A DNA stretch of 41,439 bases, from NCBI GenBank assembly GCA_003170115.1, contig PMZS01000372.1:1-41439 (forward strand), read 5' to 3'. The position numbers and the translations under genes were made by a program. The notes under the pieces were generated by a model that was not told where the DNA came from, searched no databases, and was given only the letters and a program-made list of their open reading frames with translations. The DNA is from Spirochaetaceae bacterium. Its GTDB lineage: Bacteria > Spirochaetota > Spirochaetia > SZUA-6 > Fen-1364. Below, in pieces: positions 18,981 through 27,412 of the stretch (position 1 is its first letter; every line of letters begins with the position of its first letter).

Positions 18981-19844
18981 ATGCGACCATTGAACACGAT
19001 TCACAGACTGCGCTTCACGATCCTTGTTGATGATTCTCCGGGCGCCGAGGGCCTGCAGTCCGAGCACGGTCTTTCAGTCTGGATCGAGGCGGATCATTTC
19101 CGTGTACTCTTCGACACTGGCCAGGGAATGACCGCGATGGAAAACGCCCGACGGCTCGGCCTCGAACCGGCGGAGATCGACGCGGTGGCGATCAGCCACG
19201 GCCACAACGACCACACCGGTGGGCTGCCGGGGACTCTTGCGGCATGTCAGAAAGCGCATCTCTTCCTGCACCCGGCCGCGTTAAGGGAGCGCTACTCGCG
19301 GTCGGCGGATGGCATGGTGCGGGCCGCGGGATTCCCGCTGGGCGCGGGGGATCTGTTCGCAACCCGCAAGGAATACGTGCACTGGACGAATGCCATGACC
19401 CACCTGCAGCCTGCGGTCTTCATGACTGGGGAAATCCCGAGAGCTCTGCCGCCTGAGGCTCCCGCAGGCACGTTCTTTCTCGACGAGGAATGCGGCACGC
19501 CTGACACTCTTCTCGACGACCAGGCGCTTGCGTTCGAAACGGCCGACGGCGTGGTGATCTTTCTCGGCTGCGGCCACGCAGGGGTGCACAACACGCTGTC
19601 CGCCACCCTCCGTGCCTCCCGGACCGGACGGCTGCGCGCGATTGTCGGCGGCATGCATCTTGCGGAAGCTCCGCCCGAAGCGGTCGCCCTGCTCGCTGAT
19701 GAAATCAAGAAGCTCAATCCGCAACTCGTGTGTCCATGCCACTGCACCGGTGATCGGGCACGGGAATACCTGAAGGGGCGATTCCCCGATGCATTCTTTG
19801 AGCTGCGCACCGGCTCCACTCTCACGCTGAACGGAGTCTCGTAG
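18981..19844 (+). CDS. MBL-fold metallo-hydrolase (COG1237-like)
   Basis: HGHNDHTGG metal motif and later GCGHAG and CPCHCTG. ATG 18981 is preceded by AGGAG. Confidence 0.8.
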   Translation: MRPLNTIHRLRFTILVDDSPGAEGLQSEHGLSVWIEADHFRVLFDTGQGMTAMENARRLGLEPAEIDAVAISHGHNDHTGGLPGTLAACQKAHLFLHPAALRERYSRSADGMVRAAGFPLGAGDLFATRKEYVHWTNAMTHLQPAVFMTGEIPRALPPEAPAGTFFLDEECGTPDTLLDDQALAFETADGVVIFLGCGHAGVHNTLSATLRASRTGRLRAIVGGMHLAEAPPEAVALLADEIKKLNPQLVCPCHCTGDRAREYLKGRFPDAFFELRTGSTLTLNGVS

Positions 19845-19971
19845 AGCTTTCCGACCGGGCCCGATCCATACACGTCTTGAGGTGAATGTCGCGTAAGGAG
19901 ACGCGGCGAAGCAGGAGGACATGGCGGTCATGTCGGGTAGAATGGAGCAAACCGTTTCGAGGAGGAACCAG

Positions 19972-20600
19972 ATGGAAAACATGTCTCAGGCAACGGGCCT
20001 GCCGATGCCTCGCATCGGCGACAGGGCGCACGCCTTCAAGGCGGTCACCACCCAGGGGGAGATCGTCTTCCCCGAACAGTACTCGGGAAGCTGGGTCATT
20101 CTGTTCCGCCATCCGGCTGACTTCACCCCGGTCTGTACAGCCACATCGCGTGGCTGAGGACGATCAAGGAAAAGATTGAATACAAGGGCATGAAAAACGT
20201 CGAGGTGAAGTTTCCGCTGATCGAAGACATCACGATGGAGGCGGCGAAGAAATACGGGATGATTCAACCGGGAGAGAGCTCGACAAAAGCGGGGCGGGCG
20301 GTATTCGTCATCGATCCGAAGGGGATCATTCGAACGATCATCTATTGCCCACTCAGCCTTGGGCGGAACTTCGACGAGTTGCACCGGGTGGTGATCGCTC
20401 TGCAAACGGCGGACGCTTTTTCGGTCGCTACCCCAGCCGACTGGCGGCCCGGTGACGACGTGATCGTGCCGACCGCTGGCTCGTGCGGGGTTGCCAAGGA
20501 TCGTATGGAGAATCAGAGAGACATGACGTGTTATGATTGGTTCTTCTGCACGAGAAAAATCGCGAAGGAGAAGGTACTGAGCACGGTTCTAAAAAAATAG
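19972..20600 (+). pseudogene. Peroxiredoxin (Prx6/archaeal-type) disrupted by an internal frameshifting deletion
   Basis: The N-part ...MPRIGDRAHAFKAVTTQGEIVFPEQYSGSWVILFRHPADFTPVCT runs into TGA at 20155-20157. The C-part reads YSHIAWLRTIKEKIEYKGMKNVEVKFPLIEDI...DWFFC in a different frame from 20136 to 20600. The roughly 30 residues normally between PVCTTEF and SHIxW are absent. Confidence 0.75.
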
Positions 20601-20643
20601 GTGGATGTGCCTCTGGCGGTGTGTTCACTGAAGGGAGAAAGAG

Positions 20644-21027
20644 ATGAAGGTAGCGGTTCCCGTACGGGATGGGCTTGTGGACGAGCATTTTGGCCACTGC
20701 GAGCATTTCATGGTGTACTCGCTCGACGAGGAGAACACCGTCGTCGGAGAGCAGAAGGTCGATTCGTCCGAGGGCTGTGGATGTAAATCGAACATCGCCA
20801 GCATTCTCGCTCAGATGGGAGTCACCACGATGGTGGCGGGCAACATGGGGCAAGGCGCGGTCCAGGTCTTGCAGGCTCGCGGAATCAGAGTGATTCGGGG
20901 CGCCTCTGGAAGGGCGAGGGAGGTCGCGGAGCGGTTCGCTGCTGGCGAGGTGGCCGATTCGAGTGTGGCATGTGCGGGCCATGGGCACGGCCATGCGCAG
21001 GGTGAGGACTGCGGGCACTCGGGCTGA
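20644..21027 (+). CDS. NifB/NifX-family (iron-molybdenum cofactor biosynthesis domain) protein with His/Cys-rich tail
   Basis: MKVAVPVRDGLVDEHFGHCEHFMVYSLDEEN...VTTMVAGNMGQGAVQVLQARGIRVIRG is a typical family core. Tail is CAGHGHGHAQGEDCGHSG. Confidence 0.85.
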   Translation: MKVAVPVRDGLVDEHFGHCEHFMVYSLDEENTVVGEQKVDSSEGCGCKSNIASILAQMGVTTMVAGNMGQGAVQVLQARGIRVIRGASGRAREVAERFAAGEVADSSVACAGHGHGHAQGEDCGHSG

Positions 21028-21129
21028 TCCACACAATCGGCGAAGACGGCCGCGCCTTTTTCGAAGCAGTCAGGATCGGACGGTTTTTCCGAGCCCCGCC
21101 AGGGCCGAACTGACGGCGGAGGATTTCGT

Positions 21130-21420
21130 TGTCCGCGTGCGAGGTTTTTCAGCGCTTCCGTGATGTTGATTTCTCCCGCGACCCGGCACGACATACGTGT
21201 TTCCTCATGCCAACCGCGAAGAGCTCGCTGGCCCTGAGATCGCGCGACGCCAGGAGTCGTTTCCCCAAATCGCTCGAAGAGGGGAGTCCCGCAATGCTTT
21301 TCCAGCTCGTGCACGGCCTGGGCTCACCGAGGGCTGACTGATCGCGAGGCGCTCAGCGGCGTTGGTCATGCCTTCTGCTTCTCACACCGTGACGAGGATC
21401 GTGAAGTGTCTGAAGGTCAT
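21130..21420 (-). pseudogene. LysR-family regulator remnant (N-terminal HTH only; in-frame TGA plus frameshift)
   Basis: Minus strand reads MTFRHFTILVTV-TGA(21384-21382)-EAEGMTNAAERLAISQPSVS. A frame change near 21321 follows, then QAVHELEKHCGTPLFERFG. No effector-binding domain follows, and the frame runs into the nifX-like gene. Confidence 0.55.
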
Positions 21421-21439
21421 GAGGGATCCACAGGCATGA

Positions 21440-21943
21440 ATACATGATAAACATCTTGCCCGCTCGTCCGGCTTCTTACTTACCCTTGCGCCTGCAATTT
21501 CCGCATGGAGGCGTGGGAGCCTTGTTCCCATCATCGGAAAACCGGTTCTCGCGATTCTTGCGGGGATGTTGCTCTCCTTCTTCAAGTGTCCCGCGTTCCT
21601 CGAAGAGAGCATTCGGTTTTCCGGCAAGAAAGTGCCTAAACATGCGATCATCCTCATTTGCGTCGGGACTTCCATCTGCGGCGGTTCCGCAAAAGCCGCG
21701 ACCGCGCCCGTGATCGAAGCGAATGACGAGGATGTCACATTTGCCATTTCAACGATTTTTCTCTTCAATATCATCGCTGTATTCCTGTTCCCTGCCCTGG
21801 GGCATCTCATAAGAATGTCCGAGGGCGATTTCGGGCTGTGGGCGAGTATGGCAATCAATGATTCCTCCTTGGTCGTTTCAGCGGCCTTTTCCTGCAGCGA
21901 CGCTGTCGGGGGCTTTGCGACGGTCGTCAAGCTCTCCCGCACG
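21440..21943 (+). pseudogene. YeiH/UPF0324-family membrane transporter remnant (no start, internal deletion, truncated)
   Basis: Open frame ...SLVPIIGKPVLAILAGMLLSFF...IRFSGKKVPKHAIIL-ICVGTSICGGSAKAATAPVIEANDEDVTFAISTIFLFNIIAVFLFP...GLWASMAINDSSLVVSAAF...ATVVKLSRT matches family blocks. It lacks the first TM and start codon, about 50 residues between the KK..AI and GTSICG blocks, and the C-terminal half. A possible further fragment lies near 22035-22125 in another frame. Confidence 0.6.
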
Positions 21944-22231
21944 CAGCCAGTGCAGCCCTCAACGAAATGGGGAAATTCGGCACCTGCGCCGCGATGGCCG
22001 CCATGGGGGGGTGTCCAGCGTCAACGCCCATCCGGTGAAATATCTTCGCAACGGCGTGCTCCCGATCCTCCTCGGTCTGGCATGCTGGGCGGCCGTTGCC
22101 CTCGTTTCCCTCGGCGTGCAGAGGGCGGGGCTCCCGCCGCTCTCACGGGACAGACATCGGATTGCGGCATGAGGGCGGACATACCCGAGCAGGACCACCG
22201 CGCGCTATATTCTCCATGGGAGAAAAAAACC

Positions 22232-24685
22232 ATGAGAAAAGGTCCCCCAATCGAGCCGGAAGTCGGCCGGAAAGCTGCAAAAGGAACCATCGACTACAAG
22301 ACGATGTCCACCGAAGACGCCCTTCGAGAGCTGGAATCAGCTCCCGATGGTCTCAACTCGGTTGAGGCAGAGAGGAGGCTGAAAACATACGGCAGGAATG
22401 AAGTCACCTCCAGGAAGAGAAATCCGGTCCTCGAGTTCCTGTCCCGGTTCTGGGGACCGATGCCGTGGTTGCTTGAGCTGGCGATCGTGCTATCGGTGTT
22501 CCTGGGGCATGTCCTGGAAGCCATCATCATCGCTCTCCTGATCGTGACGAACGCCATCATCGGTTGCCTGCATTCCCGGAGCTCCCAGAGAGCACTGGAG
22601 CTTCTCAAGGAAAAGCTGGCCGTGAATGCCGCGGTGCGTCGCGAGGGCAAGTGGGTAACCATAAATGCATCCCAGATCGTGCCGGGTGATATCGCGGTGG
22701 TCCAGATGGGAGACATCGTTCCGGCGGATGCCAAGGTCCTGAGCGGCACGCTGTCCGTGGATCAATCCGCATTGACGGGCGAATCACTTTCCGTGGAGGT
22801 CAGCTTGTCGGACATCCTCTACTCAAGCTCGGTCGTAAAGCGCGGAGGGGCTCAATGCCTCGTGGTCAACACGGGGAGCAGTACCTACTTCGGCAGGACG
22901 GCGGAGCTTGTGCAGATTGCGCGACCGAAGTCCCACCAGGAACAGATCATGCTGTCCATCGTGAGGTACATGATGTACCTCGGAATCGCGGCGCTTGCGG
23001 CGGTTGCCGTGGGCGCTCTGCTGATGAAGATAGGAATTCTGTCGGTCGTTGCCTTTGCGGTGATTTTTCTCATGGGCGCCGTGCCGGTGGCTCTGCCCGC
23101 GGTTCTCACCATTGTGCAAGCGGTTGGGGCAATGGAACTTGTCAGGAAAGGAGTACTGGTCACCCGCCTCGATTCCATGGAAGACGCGGCATCTCTCGAT
23201 GTGCTTTGCCTGGACAAGACCGGCACGCTTACCATGAACCAGCTTTCAGTGACCGAGGTCATTCCGTACGCGGGGCATGAGGTAAACGATGTCCTTGCGA
23301 TGGCAGCCCTCACTGCACAGCCGGAGAGCAAGGACGGCCTCGACATCGCGGTTCGTGAGCGTGCGGAAGCTGCCGGCATCAACAACTCGAAATACCGCCA
23401 GATATCGGTCACGCCCTTCGAACCGGCCACCAAGCGCTCCGAAGCGCTCATCCAGGAGGACATGAACCGATTCCGGGCGCTGAAGGGTGCCCCCCAGGTG
23501 GTGCTCTCCCTCTCCCGCCTCACGAATAGCGCTGTGGTGAAGGCGGCCGGCGAGATGGTGGAAACGCTTTCTCGCAAAGGGTCCAGAACCTTGGCGGTGG
23601 CGAAATCCCGATCGGCGGACGGGGATGACTTCGACCTTGTGGGTCTTCTGGCCCTGGCTGATCCACCCCGCCCCGAGGCGAAGGGGATGATCGCGGAGGC
23701 CAGGAATCTGGGAGTGAAGCCCATCATGGTCACCGGCGACAACATCGCAATTGCCCGGCAGATGGCTCTTGAACTGGGCATCGGCGAGAGCGTCATGCGC
23801 ATGGGCGAGCTCGCGGCCTTCAGCGAGACGGAGCAGATGCGGATTATCCAGGGATGCGACGTGCTGGCGGAAGTCTATCCGGAGGACAAGTACAGGGTCG
23901 TGAAGCTCCTGCAGGCTCACGGGCACATGTCAGGGATGACCGGTGACGGTGTCAACGATGCCCCCGCTCTGAAGCAGGCTGAGGTCGGCATCGCGGTCAA
24001 AGGCGCCACCAATGTGGCGAAGGCATCGGCGAGCATGGTTCTCACCGAGCCGGGCATCAGGGTCATCGTCGACGCGCTGAAGACGAGCAGGCAGATCTAT
24101 CAACGGATGCTCACGTGGGTCATCAACAAAGTCACGAAGACGATCCAGCTCGTTGGCATCCTGACCCTGGGCTTTTTCTGGTTGCACGACCTTGTGGTTT
24201 CTCTCCTCGGCATGGCGCTCCTGGTATTCGCCAACGACTTTGTGACGATGACGCTTTCTACGGACAACGTGAAGTACACTAGAAATCCCAACAACTGGAA
24301 CGTGAGGAATGTCACCCTCGCCTCCGCGGGAATCGGGATCTTCTTTGTCCTGGAAGGGTGGCTCACCATCCTGTTTGGCAGGCACCTCTTCCAGCTGACC
24401 GGTGACGGGCTGCGCAGCTTTGTTCTTTTGATGCTCGTTTTCACGAGCCAGTTCAGGATTTACCTCGTGCGCGAGAGGCGTCACTTCTGGGATTCCCGGC
24501 CGGGCCGGGGCATCCTCATCTCCTCTACAGTGGCCATTGTTGTCTTTTCCTTTTTGGGCATCTTTGGAGGAATCATCCAGGGGCTTGGCCTCCTCCCCGT
24601 GCTGTTCGTGCTGACATTCTCGGGGCTCTTCACCCTCGCCGTGGAGCTTCCCAAGTACCATTTTTTCAAGAGACTCGGGCTTTGA
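22232..24685 (+). CDS. P-type ATPase, plasma-membrane proton-pump-like (P3A subfamily)
   Basis: Starts at MRKGPPIEPEV (GGGAGA upstream). Motifs: GLNSVEAERRLKTYGRNEV, TGES, DKTGTLT, MVTGDN, GDGVNDAPALK. The upstream 222 codons of ORF 21566..24685 are the YeiH remnant plus non-coding-like sequence. Confidence 0.9.
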   Translation: MRKGPPIEPEVGRKAAKGTIDYKTMSTEDALRELESAPDGLNSVEAERRLKTYGRNEVTSRKRNPVLEFLSRFWGPMPWLLELAIVLSVFLGHVLEAIIIALLIVTNAIIGCLHSRSSQRALELLKEKLAVNAAVRREGKWVTINASQIVPGDIAVVQMGDIVPADAKVLSGTLSVDQSALTGESLSVEVSLSDILYSSSVVKRGGAQCLVVNTGSSTYFGRTAELVQIARPKSHQEQIMLSIVRYMMYLGIAALAAVAVGALLMKIGILSVVAFAVIFLMGAVPVALPAVLTIVQAVGAMELVRKGVLVTRLDSMEDAASLDVLCLDKTGTLTMNQLSVTEVIPYAGHEVNDVLAMAALTAQPESKDGLDIAVRERAEAAGINNSKYRQISVTPFEPATKRSEALIQEDMNRFRALKGAPQVVLSLSRLTNSAVVKAAGEMVETLSRKGSRTLAVAKSRSADGDDFDLVGLLALADPPRPEAKGMIAEARNLGVKPIMVTGDNIAIARQMALELGIGESVMRMGELAAFSETEQMRIIQGCDVLAEVYPEDKYRVVKLLQAHGHMSGMTGDGVNDAPALKQAEVGIAVKGATNVAKASASMVLTEPGIRVIVDALKTSRQIYQRMLTWVINKVTKTIQLVGILTLGFFWLHDLVVSLLGMALLVFANDFVTMTLSTDNVKYTRNPNNWNVRNVTLASAGIGIFFVLEGWLTILFGRHLFQLTGDGLRSFVLLMLVFTSQFRIYLVRERRHFWDSRPGRGILISSTVAIVVFSFLGIFGGIIQGLGLLPVLFVLTFSGLFTLAVELPKYHFFKRLGL

Positions 24686-24751
24686 ATCAGTGAATGAGGG
24701 TCCAGTCGATGTCTCGGCTGGGCCCGGGGCAGCGACCGGGCACGCCGCGCG

Positions 24752-25300
24752 CTATCGCGATGGATACTTCGTGAAGATGAAGTCCTGGTCCTTCACGATG
24801 GTGTGGCATGCATAGCATTCCTGGCTGAAACTCGTATCCTTTCCGTAGGGCGTGAAGATCCCTTTCAAAGGGTCGTATAGAAACCGCGCGTAACCCCAAC
24901 CGCTCGTGGCCGGGAAACGTGTGGAATCCTTTATTATGAACTCCACTCGTTTGAGGACGCCGGGAACGAGTGCAGCGGCAAAGCTCTGGCTTTTCACCGC
25001 TGAGTAGCCGATCTTCACGATCATCGATCCTTCCGGGAAACTGCCGACGGCCCCGGGGGCACCCTGCCGATAGGAATCGATCATCACTTTGTTGGCCAGG
25101 ATCACCCTCACCTCGTTATTGTCCGTGCGAAAGCTTGGAGCAACGACACTCCAGTCCTCATAGCCTCGGATCTCGGAGAATGCGATGCCGTTCGGCGCGA
25201 CGAGGGCGAAGCGGTCCTGGGCTCGGAGGCTGGCCGGGGAAACAAGGATCAAAAGGGCTACCAGGGCATGAAACAGGTGTTGTCTTGTGGATTTCATCAT
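24752..25300 (-). CDS. Cytochrome P460 family protein (periplasmic, mono-haem c)
   Basis: Signal peptide MMKSTRQHLFHALVALLILVSPASLRAQ. Single CYACH haem-binding motif near the C-terminus, followed by D..FIFTKY, as in the P460 family. Confidence 0.7.
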   Translation of the reverse strand: MMKSTRQHLFHALVALLILVSPASLRAQDRFALVAPNGIAFSEIRGYEDWSVVAPSFRTDNNEVRVILANKVMIDSYRQGAPGAVGSFPEGSMIVKIGYSAVKSQSFAAALVPGVLKRVEFIIKDSTRFPATSGWGYARFLYDPLKGIFTPYGKDTSFSQECYACHTIVKDQDFIFTKYPSR

Positions 25301-25457
25301 TCATCCTTCATCTTGTACTGGCACTTTCCTGAAAAGATACCGACTCGTCCCGCGGAGAGTCAAGATTGGAAGCCTGCGCGCTGTGTGACGAAAGTCACCG
25401 ATGATTGCGCGTGCTTTATTTACGTTCTTGCTCGATCCATATGACAAGGAGTGACTC

Positions 25458-26126
25458 ATGGCGGTGATCAACGACAGGGATGCGAAGGTTGTTCGGGAAA
25501 GGCTGGCGAAGCTACCGGGCTCGGTGATTCTTGCCATTTTCACCCAGGAATTCGAATGCGAATACTGCCGGCAGACCCGCGAGCTTGCAGAGGAAGTGGC
25601 GGGCTTGTCTGATGGCAAGGTCACGACGAAACTCTACGACCTGGTCAGAGACAAAGCAGAGGCAGACCGGATGGGAGTTGACAAAATACCTGCCCTCGCG
25701 GTGCTCGGCGGCAAGGGTGAGGATTACGGGATCAGGTTTTTCGGCATTCCCGCGGGGTACGAGTTCTCCTCCCTCCTTGAATCCCTGGAAATGGTGGCCT
25801 GGGGGGATTCGGGGCTCTCTCCTGCCACGAGAGAAAAGCTCAAGGGGCTGACATCGCCCCTGAATCTGCAGGTATTTGTGACGCCCACGTGCCCGTACTG
25901 CCCCCGGGCGGTCCTCACGGCGTTCCGTTTCGCCATGGAATCGGAGAAGGTGCGCGCATCGATGGTGGAGGCTTCAGAGTTTCCCCATCTTGCGAACAAG
26001 TACCAGGTTTCCGGTGTTCCACACACCGTTATTGGGGACAGCCCGCAGGCGATGATCGGCGCCTACCCCGAAGCCGCGGCGGCAGACATGGTGGTTGCAG
26101 TGGCTGAGGGCATGAAGGGGGTATAA
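25458..26126 (+). CDS. Protein disulfide oxidoreductase / glutaredoxin-like protein with two thioredoxin-fold units
   Basis: Two redox motifs, CEYC (FECEYCRQ) and CPYC (TPTCPYCP), as in thermophile PDO-type proteins. AAGGAG before the ATG. Confidence 0.8.
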   Translation: MAVINDRDAKVVRERLAKLPGSVILAIFTQEFECEYCRQTRELAEEVAGLSDGKVTTKLYDLVRDKAEADRMGVDKIPALAVLGGKGEDYGIRFFGIPAGYEFSSLLESLEMVAWGDSGLSPATREKLKGLTSPLNLQVFVTPTCPYCPRAVLTAFRFAMESEKVRASMVEASEFPHLANKYQVSGVPHTVIGDSPQAMIGAYPEAAAADMVVAVAEGMKGV

Positions 26127-26163
26127 GAGGCTTCTTGTCGTTGCGCGCCCAGGTGCCCTCCGT

Positions 26164-27408
26164 CTATTTCATCAGGGCATCCGCGACGAGTTTCGAGAGG
26201 AACTCGACCTTCATCCCCAGGCCGTAGTGCTCATTCAGGTCCGTGAGCTGCGAATGGCAATTCTCGCAGGCGGTGCTGATGATCGCGGCTTGCGAGGCTT
26301 TCATCTGCTCGGCCTTCACCCTGGCGGACTTCATCCGGAAATCGCTCTCACCGAGCGCCACCAGGCCGCCTCCGCCCCCGCAGCACCAATTGTCGGCGCG
26401 GTTGGGCCGAAGCTCGACGAAGTCCGCGGTGAGATGCCGGATCACGTGGCGCGGCTCCTCGAGGACGCCGCCGTTCCGCGCAATCTGGCAGGGATCGTGG
26501 TACGTGAGGGTTCCCTTCAGGGTTCCCTTGCTGAGCTGGATCCGTCCTTCCCTCAGGTAGCGGGAGATGAGCTGCACGAAGGCGACGACCTTGAAGGGGT
26601 GAACGCCCGTCATGTACTTCATCGCCCTGAAGGCGGTGCCGCATTCCACGATTGCTACTTCCTTCACCTTCAGCCTCACCGCCTCGTCGTGGATGCGCCG
26701 GGCGATGAGCTGCATCTTCTTCGAGTCTCCAAGAAAGGCGGCAAAGTTCACCGCCTCGTACACGCTGAGGGTCCAGCGCTCGCCCGCCGCGTTCATGATG
26801 GCCGCCGCGGGAATGATGGAGTGCTTGCCGGCAAGCGCCACGTACAGAACGTCGGCTCCCTCCGCTTCCACCGTCACAACGGGGTCTTTCGAGTGTGGCC
26901 ACAGAGCGCGGATCTCCGGCGCAAGGTCCTCAACGGCTCTCGTGAAGCCGGGCTTCGTCTCCTCGATGCCCTCTGATTTGGCGATGGACATGTCGGCGAG
27001 CATGGTCAGGAGCTTTGGCTCCTTGTCGGCGCCGATGAGGAGAGCCTTGGCGATGGACATGATGAGCTGGGTGTCGATGCCGAACGGACAGAAGGTCATG
27101 CAGCGCCGGCAGCCCGTGCATGACCACGCGGCGTCCGAAACCTGGTCCATGGTCGCGTCATCCAGGGTGAGTACCTCTCCGAGCCACGGGGCGATCTTCC
27201 CTTCAAGCTTGAAGTACCGCTTGAAAATCTTGCGAATCACCTCGGCCCTGCCCACCGCGGTGTACCGGGCCTGCGGCATCGACGCATAGACATGGCAGGC
27301 CTCCACGCAGACACCGCACCGGGCGCAGGTGTCCAGGTACAGCCTCATGGCGGAGTGCAGCCTGGTCTCGAAAAGCTGTTTCAGTGTGCCGGATATCGCC
27401 GCTTCCAT
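26164..27408 (-). CDS. HdrD/DsrK-like iron-sulfur oxidoreductase (two 4Fe-4S ferredoxin motifs + CCG domain)
   Basis: CARCGVCVEACHVY and CTGCRRCMTFCP motifs. C-terminal cysteine-rich CCG-type domain (YHDPCQ ... NWCCGGGGG ... ACENCHSQL). Starts 4 nt after the stop of the upstream membrane subunit. Confidence 0.85.
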   Translation of the reverse strand: MEAAISGTLKQLFETRLHSAMRLYLDTCARCGVCVEACHVYASMPQARYTAVGRAEVIRKIFKRYFKLEGKIAPWLGEVLTLDDATMDQVSDAAWSCTGCRRCMTFCPFGIDTQLIMSIAKALLIGADKEPKLLTMLADMSIAKSEGIEETKPGFTRAVEDLAPEIRALWPHSKDPVVTVEAEGADVLYVALAGKHSIIPAAAIMNAAGERWTLSVYEAVNFAAFLGDSKKMQLIARRIHDEAVRLKVKEVAIVECGTAFRAMKYMTGVHPFKVVAFVQLISRYLREGRIQLSKGTLKGTLTYHDPCQIARNGGVLEEPRHVIRHLTADFVELRPNRADNWCCGGGGGLVALGESDFRMKSARVKAEQMKASQAAIISTACENCHSQLTDLNEHYGLGMKVEFLSKLVADALMK

Positions 27409-27412
27409 TCCC

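Noticed and set aside
21382-21384. In-frame TGA in the LysR remnant (and TGA ending the Prx N-fragment) as possible selenocysteine codons.
   Set aside because: The positions do not correspond to catalytic Cys/Sec sites of those families. The LysR HTH has none, and the Prx peroxidatic Cys is already encoded upstream as TGT. The genes show additional frameshifts and truncation. No SECIS-like hairpin was noted.
21566-24685. Single 1039-aa ORF suggesting a giant YeiH-P-type ATPase fusion protein.
   Set aside because: The N-terminal 126 codons are a gapped transporter remnant. The next ~95 codons are Pro/Arg-rich and not protein-like. The ATPase has its own family-typical N-terminus and SD at 22232. 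The open frame is best explained by chance absence of stops in GC-rich DNA.
24722-24741. gcccgg-N8-ccgggc hairpin between the convergent P-type ATPase and cytochrome P460 genes as a bidirectional terminator. Similar weak GC hairpins occur at 21039-21061 and 38422-38437.
   Set aside because: The stems are short (4-6 bp) and lack convincing flanking U-tracts, except a 5-T run at 21057-21061. This is too weak to annotate with confidence.
25319-25334. TGGCAC-tttcc-TGAAA upstream of the PDO gene as a sigma-54 promoter.
   Set aside because: The -24 element is perfect, but the essential -12 GC dinucleotide is missing (GA instead).
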